Assembly (NCBI GenBank): GCA_965649765.1
Contig: OZ287748.1
Coordinates: 41,292,001 to 41,356,000, forward strand
Reading direction: 5' to 3'
DNA length: 64,000 nucleotides
Origin: Bispira polyomma
Taxonomy: Eukaryota
Made by a program: the position numbers and the translations under genes
The notes under the pieces: generated by a model
Databases searched by the model: none
What the model was told of the DNA's origin: nothing
What the model saw: the letters and a program-made list of their open reading frames with translations, nothing else
Shown: one piece after another, positions 54,101 to 63,100 of the stretch
Layout of the letters: the number at the start of each line of letters is the position of its first letter
Numbering within the stretch: the stretch's first letter is position 1

Positions 54101-57100
54101 ACTCTATGGAGGACTTACTTTATAAGAAATAAGAATTTGGTCAAAAGCTCTATGGAAATGAATTAAAATGGTATTGGCTATATAAATGACATTTTGACTG
54201 ATAGACGTAGGCCAGCGGGGTACTGTTAGTTTGTTAAAAAATATTAAGTGAAAATGACTTTTGGTGATTTTTATAGTTTGACCCATTCAGTTTCAAGCGA
54301 CTAGGTAATCAAAGACTTGAAACAAAGTTGGCAGAAAATAAAGTTAATCATTGGTTGGTACAAATCATTCTACAACAAAAGAATGTCAGCAACTGGGTGT
54401 ACAAAACAATTAGATCACTAGCAAATTCCTCTAGAGGTAATGAATAAATTGGACAAACCTACTTGGGACTAATTTAACACATATTGATTAGAAAAAGTTT
54501 TACTTAAATCACTTTCAATGTAATCTAGAGAGTTCTATGCATGCTTTCTAGTACAAGATTCTACTACGTTCATTACCAACCAAAAAGTTCTTCGAAAAAT
54601 GCAATCTGCGATATTTGCGATAAATGTTGGTTTTGTAAAGAAAATTTTGAAGGTATAGAACATCTTTCTGGTATTGCTTGACAGTACAAACTTTCTGGTT
54701 TCTAGTCTTGGATACAATGAATGCATCCGTAGAAATTAGAAACGAAGTAAAAGATCTAAACGTACTTTTGGGTGGAGCAAGGAGTAGATATAAAGACAGT
54801 TTGAACTTTCTTTTTACCTTGGTGAAAAGTATGTCTATAGAGCAAAAGCTTAAGAAGATATATATATTGGTTAAACATTGATGCCTTCAAGAATGTGTTA
54901 AAATATTATCACAATGTTGAAAAGTGGATAGTCGAAAATTTATATAGTAGTGTGAGGGGTTTCATAAAAAAATAGGAACTGCTAAGTTGAACCATGTAAA
55001 ATATTAATTAATGAACTTAATGTACAAATATGTAGTTTATTTCAAGTACCAGTAACCATTTGCATTCTTTAATTTAAAGTAATGAAATGTAATCTATATT
55101 ACTTATTTTTTTTTAATTAAAAGAAAAGAAATATAAATATATATATATACATATAAACATAAAAAAGTTTATATATGCAATAACTTTGTACTTTATCTGA
55201 TGTAAAGGTTAAATTTATTTTTAAATGCAATCGTGTGAGATGCCTACATTTGTACAGCTCTTGGTGAAAGGTTTTCACAGGAAGATTTATCTAACAGTAA
55301 GGTCATATCTGCAAACTGTACTGTCAGTTTATATATTATTCTATTCATTTTTCATAACCTGTGCAATATAAAAAAGAATATTTTCTATCTCTACAATGTG
55401 TGCACTCATATATTTATTGAATTGTTTTCTTTTTACAATACAGTTGAACCCCTGTAAGTCGAATCTCAAACGATCAGTAGAAATGACTCTACTAAAGCAG
55501 GATTTCCACTTGACACGATAGATTTGAACAGAAAATGCATTGGTGGGCCTGCAGATTTCTTTCTACATAAAAGATCATTTAACTTGAAAGAGTTCCACTT
55601 TCAAAGATATTTGAAATTTCTAGTATAATTTACAAAGTAATTGCAAGCAAACAGAAGTTTCTTGGCATTTGTAAACATATGGTTACTTTTATTTGAGCAG
55701 TAAAGTGGGAATATTATCTCTGTTGATATGCAAATATGGTCCTGCTCATCAATCCTAAAGATTCTAAATTTACAACAAAAAAGATATTGGGATAAATGAG
55801 ATTCTTTAGCACAAGCATTAGGACACTAGTTGATTGTAACAAACCTCCTCATCAGCTGGCCATCTTTCTTCTCCATCAACTTCCATATAAGGCTTGGCCT
55901 GAATACTGTGGTTATCATAGGTGAAAACCAAACCATTCTCCAGGTCTACCCACAATGATTCTATAGCGCTATCTACTGCTGTAGTTTGACCACCAATAAA
56001 GAAGGTCACCACAATACTACCTGTAGGTAGAAAAAGAGTAAATTTGTTAACAAAACATCTAGGGGTAGTATTCTCTAGCGAGTGAAAATTCGTTATTTCC
56101 TTAATTATTTTTTACAAACTTGATTTCCTACATACTAAGAAATGAGTGGTATTTTTGATGATGACTTTGTAGATGAAAACCTACTTAGAATCATAAAAAA
56201 CCACTGTACGCCCCACATCTTTCCTTACGACCTTGCTATGAACATAGACTTCACGATTAGATCGATGATTCTGCTGTTGCACTTTAGAAGATGCCTAGGA
56301 TCAATAAAGTGAGTTAAAAAATGCATAATAATATAATAATAATACTATTAATATTTCAGCAGCTACTACACTAAAATTGGTGAATCTCCCCATTGGGTAG
56401 TGTTGGGAATCTTAAAATCGTGACCTGTAGCAGATAATTATTGTTTTGTTTTGTATTGTATTGTGCATTTTTAACGGGCCTTATTGATGCTAGGCATCTT
56501 CTTAGGCGCAACATCAGAATCAATCAACCAATGAAAAAATGAAAAACACAGCCAGGTCGTAAGGATGGATGCGTCAGCGCCCAGTAAGAGGACTACGGTG
56601 GATAGGCGAGTCTGAAGAGATAGGTTTTAAGCTTTTTCCTAAAACCCAAAAGTGTTTCAAACAGTCTAGGTTCAGCTGGAAGACTTCCATAAACTAGGTG
56701 CGGCGGATGCTGTTAATGTGAGGAAGAAATGAAAAAGCAGGGTCGATAGTGACACCTAGGTTTTTGACCTGGTCTGAATGTTGAATCTCATTACGCACCA
56801 GTGTGATTGGAAAAAGTGATCACTGTGTTTTTTATTTCCAATTAGGATGAATTCAGTTTTGTCAATTATGTGCTAATTCATGTAAATAAACATGTAAAGT
56901 TCAACACATATGTACATATGATCATGATTGTTTTTCAACATTATGTTATACCTCCACATATCGACATTGTTATCTGTTGTTATATTGTTTTTAAGAGATA
57001 TTACAGTATGTACTCAAAGCAAACATACCTTCAGATGTAGTAAAATTATCCATAAATAAATCTTCAGAGGGATATTTGTTTCTGAATAAGTTCTTCATTC

Positions 57101-60100
57101 CTGCACTGAAAATGTCTTCTTCATCTTGAACTATCTCACCAAAGTCCGCTTCGAATACTATACGGATTTCTTTCATAATTTCCACTATGGGCAAGCTATG
57201 TGTTGTCACTGAAATCACATTGGAGTGGACCACAAAGCTGTATTCACTGTCTGGGCTGGTCACACATTCAAAGGTGAAGGCCACATCTCCGTATTCGCTG
57301 AGTGTGAGGTCACTGAAGGTCACTAGGCCAGTCTCATTGATACTGACCGTGTCTTCTGTCACGTTGTATACACCTAGGTAGCCAGTCTTATCATACTTTT
57401 CAATGGTACAAGTCCATGTATGACCCTGTATAAAACAGTGAATTCATTGAGATTTCAAAGGAAACACATGAAACACTTGATGATATAAAAGTCCTAGGTA
57501 GCCAGTCTTATCATACTTCTTAATGGTACAAGTCCATGTATGACCCTGTATAAAACAGTGAATTCATTGAGAGTTTAGAGAAAACACATGAAACACTGAA
57601 TGATATAAAAGTCCTAGGTAGCCAGTCTCATCATACTTCTTAATGGTACAAGTCCATGTATGACCCTGTACAAAACAGTGAATTCATTGAGAATTTAGGG
57701 AACACACATGAAACACTGGAGATATAAACTTCCTAGGTAGCCAGTCTTATCATATTTCATAATGGTACAAGTCCATGTATGACCCTGGATATTACAGTGC
57801 ATTCATTAAGAGCTAAATAGAACCACATTATCTAAATTACATTTATTTGGGCTTTACGTCACTTTTAACAGCTTAGGTCATATTTTGACGGAATCACATG
57901 ACACAGTAGTACTCCTGTGAAACTACAGTAGAACTGTATTGTTCCACATAGAAAGGAATTGATTTATCAGAGCTCTACTTAAAGAGATTTCACGATAGAA
58001 AGTATCTTCATATTTAAATAAGATTATTTACAAAGAGAGTAAGTAGACTCTCTGTATGTAGAGCCGTAACTCAAATGTTAGCACAGCTAACACTAAAATA
58101 GTTTGGTGGTCCATGCACTCAGATACAGCTGAACCTCTATCACTTATAATTACAGCTGTAACTCAAATGTTAGCACAGCTAAAACTTAAGTAGTTTGGTG
58201 GTCCATGCACTCAGATACAGCTGAACCTCTATCACTTATAATTAGAGCTGTAACTCAAATGTTAGCACAGCTAAAACTTAACTAGTTTGGTGGTCCATGC
58301 ACTCAGATACAGCTGAACCTCTATCACTTATAATTAGAGCTGTAACTCAAATGTTAGCACAGCTAACACTAAAATAGTTTGGTGGTCCATGCACTCAGAT
58401 ACAGCTGAACCTCTATCACTTATAATTAGAGTTGTAACTCAAATGTTAGCACAGCTAAAACTTAACTAGTTTGGTGGTCCATGCACTCAGATACAGCTGA
58501 ACCTCTATTATTTATACTTGTATTATTTCCAGTATTACATGAACTCACTTTCACTCTCCCAAATTGACATTTTCCTTCTGTCTATTAGCAACACATGACT
58601 CTTCTATGTCATGAACTCTTTTATTACCCTAATCAAATTTTACACTCTGAACATAGAGGTTTTACTCTATAGAATAATACAGGAGGTATTCAAGCACACA
58701 AATGACATACCTTCCAGTGTATATCACTAGGTCTGGCTTCAGTCCATGTATCTATCAGTTCTAGTGTGATGCTGAAGCTTTGTCCTATTGATACACTTCG
58801 TGACAGGTCCATCGTTCTTGCTGACAAAACTCTGCTGTTTATGTTGAATGGTCCCATTGACAGTCGGAGAAAACTGGCTTCACTGGGTTGTGTCACCTCG
58901 AACTCAATCATATATCTATAAATAAGAAGAAACATAATACAGGATAAATAGTTATTTTGAGACATACAATGAATACAGCAGAGTGTAAAATTGTAAATAA
59001 ACTGGCTAATATTTTCAAAGTACATGCTTCACGTGACACAACTCACATACCAAGAAAGAATCAATACTGAGTATTGTGCCTGACAAGAAAAAAGGAAAAA
59101 ATCAGCATCATTTTAAATGAATTCGTTTTCCAATAAAAGCACAAAAAACAGGGATAATTTTAGAAAAACATTAAGTTACACTCTTAACATAGTTTCAATG
59201 TTCGATTATATATTAATGTAATTGTTTTTAACAATGCATTGGTTGAATATGTTTGGCTTAAAGGGGTTTTATGAACTACGATTTCAACAACTTTGTCAAT
59301 GATGTTGGAAGATGCCTGGCATCAATTAGGCGCATTAAAAATCTATCATATCATATCATTTTACTGTATATTGATGCTAAATACAGTTGATAATCTTGAA
59401 CAACTAGTATGCACTGCTTTACCCCACCAGTAAAACTGCCAGTTATGATGTGACCAAAACAATGCATTTAAAGCGATGTTAAACATAATCAACCAATCAA
59501 TATACCTTGGGAAATTAAGGTATCCATACAAACAATTAACAAGCATTTTGTTAAAATCTAAAAAAATCTATTTTAGTTTGCGAATGTTGACACTATAATG
59601 AAAAGGCTTAATCAGTATTTCAAAATAGGTTACACATAAATTCAATAGAACCATTTTAACATCATAAAAAATATATAATTATGACAAACAAATATAATTC
59701 AAATCTCAGTTAATATCAAAAGTGAAGAGTCACTTTACGACAATGACTCTTCCATTTTATGTGGGAAGCTAGACTTGGTAAAGGCCGCTGGTTTACAAAA
59801 CAGATTTTAAACGTTGACAAATTACTATGTTCTGATTACCTTCACCAGTGAACTGTCTGTTTTGTGTGATATGACACAAATGTGTGAAAAGCGACATTAC
59901 CTCAAATTAACACTTAAACTTCTATTTTAACAATCTTTTTACCCTGTTCCGCTGTGAGTAATTGTCAGGTCTGTGAAATTAGCATATCCAAACAAGAAGC
60001 CCATAGTCAGAGTACCAGCGAGCAATGCCCTATCATCTGTGCCACTGCCATTCACCAATCGCGCTGTAATCTGCCATGGTGAACTAATAGATCCTAACTG

Positions 60101-63100
60101 GGTTACTAGGTCTCCCTGAAATCACCAACAATAGTGCTCCATGCTATAGAATATGACATATTATATACTGTATATACCGGGCAGAAGAAATGTTAGCTGG
60201 AAAAACAAAATCACTAATTTACAACTGTTGACAAGTTCACTGGAATAATTTTTCCACTATTGGCTAGTATTTTGTTAAAATATCAATACAAATTCAAATT
60301 TCCATTGCAAACTAGTTTTCACTGTCATAAGGCATTGGCTATAAGAGCTTAAAATAATTCCTGGTAAAAATATCCAGCTTTATGGTTATTTCACAAAATT
60401 AAAATGCGAGTTACAGTCAATAAAGTTAGTTCTTGTATATAGTTTTCCAAACTTACAAATTACTTGGGCCGTTAAGGAAAGGATCCTAATAACCTATAAG
60501 GCCTGTTAAAATCTAGGCAGTATATTATTATCAGTTAGTGTTTAGAGCTTTCTAACTTTGGAAAGTTAGAAAACTTCAAAGTTATAAATCAGCCTAACTT
60601 TAAAACAACTCAAATGCCTACAATAATACATTGAAGTATCATAACTTTTGTGAGACAAATCTTTGTATTTGACGGATATTTTTGAAATTTTTTTTATCCT
60701 ATTTTAGGCCACAGAATAAAAATTATTGTATGAAACTTATGATACCAACTTACTCTTTATTGCATAAATATATACTTGTAATGCAACAAAACATCAGTTT
60801 TGTGAAAGGAACCAATAGGATTGCAGGTCTGAGGGGCACTAATATCACTAGCAGCCCTTGGCCTTGCTGGGTAAATCAACATTCAAAACTATGGAGTCGG
60901 TATTGTCATGACAATCTGCTTGCTAGTAATTCCCTGCTTTCTGGTAATAATTGTCAATATGCTAAACCTACCAGTTCGTCTGTCACTTTTAACGCTGGCG
61001 TTATGTCAAATCCAACTCCCTCGACCCCTTCACTCCCGGCTGATACTGCTCCCAAGAGACTTGGTATCCGGATTGATGTCAAGGTTACTGTGCCCTCCGA
61101 GAGACTTTCGCTGACTTCCTCCCATGCTGGATCATCCGAAGAAGGCATAGGCTCGATCACATTTGCTCTGAGTAATGTTATATTTAGAATACCACTCAGT
61201 GTGCCCAGCTGAACTTCTGTGATTATCTTACTTGAGATATTAAGAATGTTACCCTGTATCATTTCTGCGGAGTCAGTTCCGTTTTCTAAGTTCAATATCG
61301 GCGGCTCACTGATTTCGAGATCCACCGATCCCTCGGATTGTCTCTTTTTCTTCTTCTTGGATTCCTCCCTGACAATATTGACCACTTTTATTCTGGAGGG
61401 ATCTATCCCCAAGAATGTGGCCAAGTTACCCACTAAATTCTCCCCAAAGAACTCGTCGATTGTCATAGCGGGTACACTGAATGATATGACCACTATAGGG
61501 GCTATCACAATGTCGACTGGGCCCGGCCCTTTTAGTGTCACGTACAACATTTTAGACTCGCGGTCAAAGTAATTGGTTCCAGATACTTGTGTAAAAGTAG
61601 GTTGATATTCAGACTCATATGATGGTTCACTGTATACAATTTGTCCATCATCATTCAGATCCGAGTTGGCAGGAGACACGTACACACCATTTTTGTAAAC
61701 ATCTAGGCGCTGTGGATTTGCGTAGTACACTGCAATTGTTATTGCTTGGTCAGCATCCGTATTCAAGAGGTAAAAACGCGTCTTTTGAGGATTTGTACTT
61801 GACAGGTAAATGTCGTAATGTTTATCTGAAAAAAAAATCACATGTCACAGTCAAATATGATAACACAATGTACAATCCTGTTAAAATATTCAGTAAGAGC
61901 CTCCACTAGACTTGCCTGTTGCTGTTGTGTCTGCACAAGGTGGAGCTAGTGGTACTTTAATCAATGCTACAATGTGAAGACACAGCAAACTTCCGAAAAC
62001 AAGTGTACAGATTTCCATTTCTCGCTGTTTTGAATTATTTTGTAAACCGTGATTACCAGCAGTTGAATTTTTATAGAATTGGCTAGGTGAAGCTGCAGTC
62101 ACTTTTAACAATGGCACTTTACTCAATACTCGTTACAATAGAAGGTATGCATGCAGACATGTTATGTAGTTTTGAAAGGTGACAACAAACTTCAAAATAT
62201 TTATATAAATATGAATTAATAAAATGAAAACATTTTTCATTGCTTTTCATACAGTATAAATTTAAATATTGTTAAATGGAGTAGTGTGTATTCATGTTGT
62301 TACATGACTTGGATCTAATATGGCTGCAGCCACAATAGATATTGCTCTTTGGTGAGGTGTTAAAAAATCAAATAAAATGCCTCAATTAGTAAAATTCTGA
62401 CTTAAAAAAAATAATATTTGTGTGCACTGACTAAAATTAAATAGCTTTGACGAAATAAAAATAAATATTATAAGGTGAAAATCAAACATAGATAACGCAC
62501 ATGCATGCCTGCTGAAGTATTTATTTAAACAGATTACAGTTCATTTAAAAGTGGTGAGGTCATTTGACATTTAGCACTCTCAACCATTCAAAATGGCTAT
62601 AACCTGAAATCCATAATTTTATATTTCATCGGACTGGATCCGAATACACAGAAGTGGGGGAATTTGGGAGGTCACTTAACAGTCCATAGTCATGTATGTG
62701 GCTAGCTGTAGTAATGAGACACATTGATAAGCCACTTTAATTTGCTTCTTGCCACTTTACTAGCCGATTACTAGGCGATTCTTTAATTTCCCGCAATTTA
62801 CAGAGCAAAAAATAATATGGGTCAACTCCTCTCCAAAGAAAATTTGACCATCAAGTTTTAACAAACTTCTTGACAAACTTAGCACCAAACCAATTCATCA
62901 AAGAAAAAAAAAACAAATTTATTTTAATAAGATTAATATTTCTCCTTATATAACATAAGTGAATATTCTGTTGCAACATAATGTAGTGACATTCCTATAG
63001 GGTCTGTCATGCAATCAAGATTAACTGAAAAATAAGAATTCAAGGTAAGGTACTTATAATGTCAGTTGCAACAAGTTTGCCCTGTTAAAAACGTGTCCAA

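Noticed and set aside
58060-58510. CRISPR-like appearance of the 92-bp, 120-bp and 44-bp arrays
   Set aside because: The units are contiguous with no unique spacers, there are no cas genes, and the context is eukaryotic introns. They are minisatellites.
25332-59025. ORF-track start and stop positions for the cassette exons (for example the tails GMCAF..., VCHVC..., VCY...)
   Set aside because: These extensions run past GT donors into introns. The exon limits were taken from splice sites and phase instead.
19026-61080. Cassette repeats as an assembly or haplotype artefact
   Set aside because: The copies differ at many coding positions, have a novel junction acceptor and carry different TE insertions. 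Four such versions cannot be two alleles.
60682-61909. Plus-strand ORFs of 68-176 aa
   Set aside because: They are antisense to exon X2 and its flanking intron.
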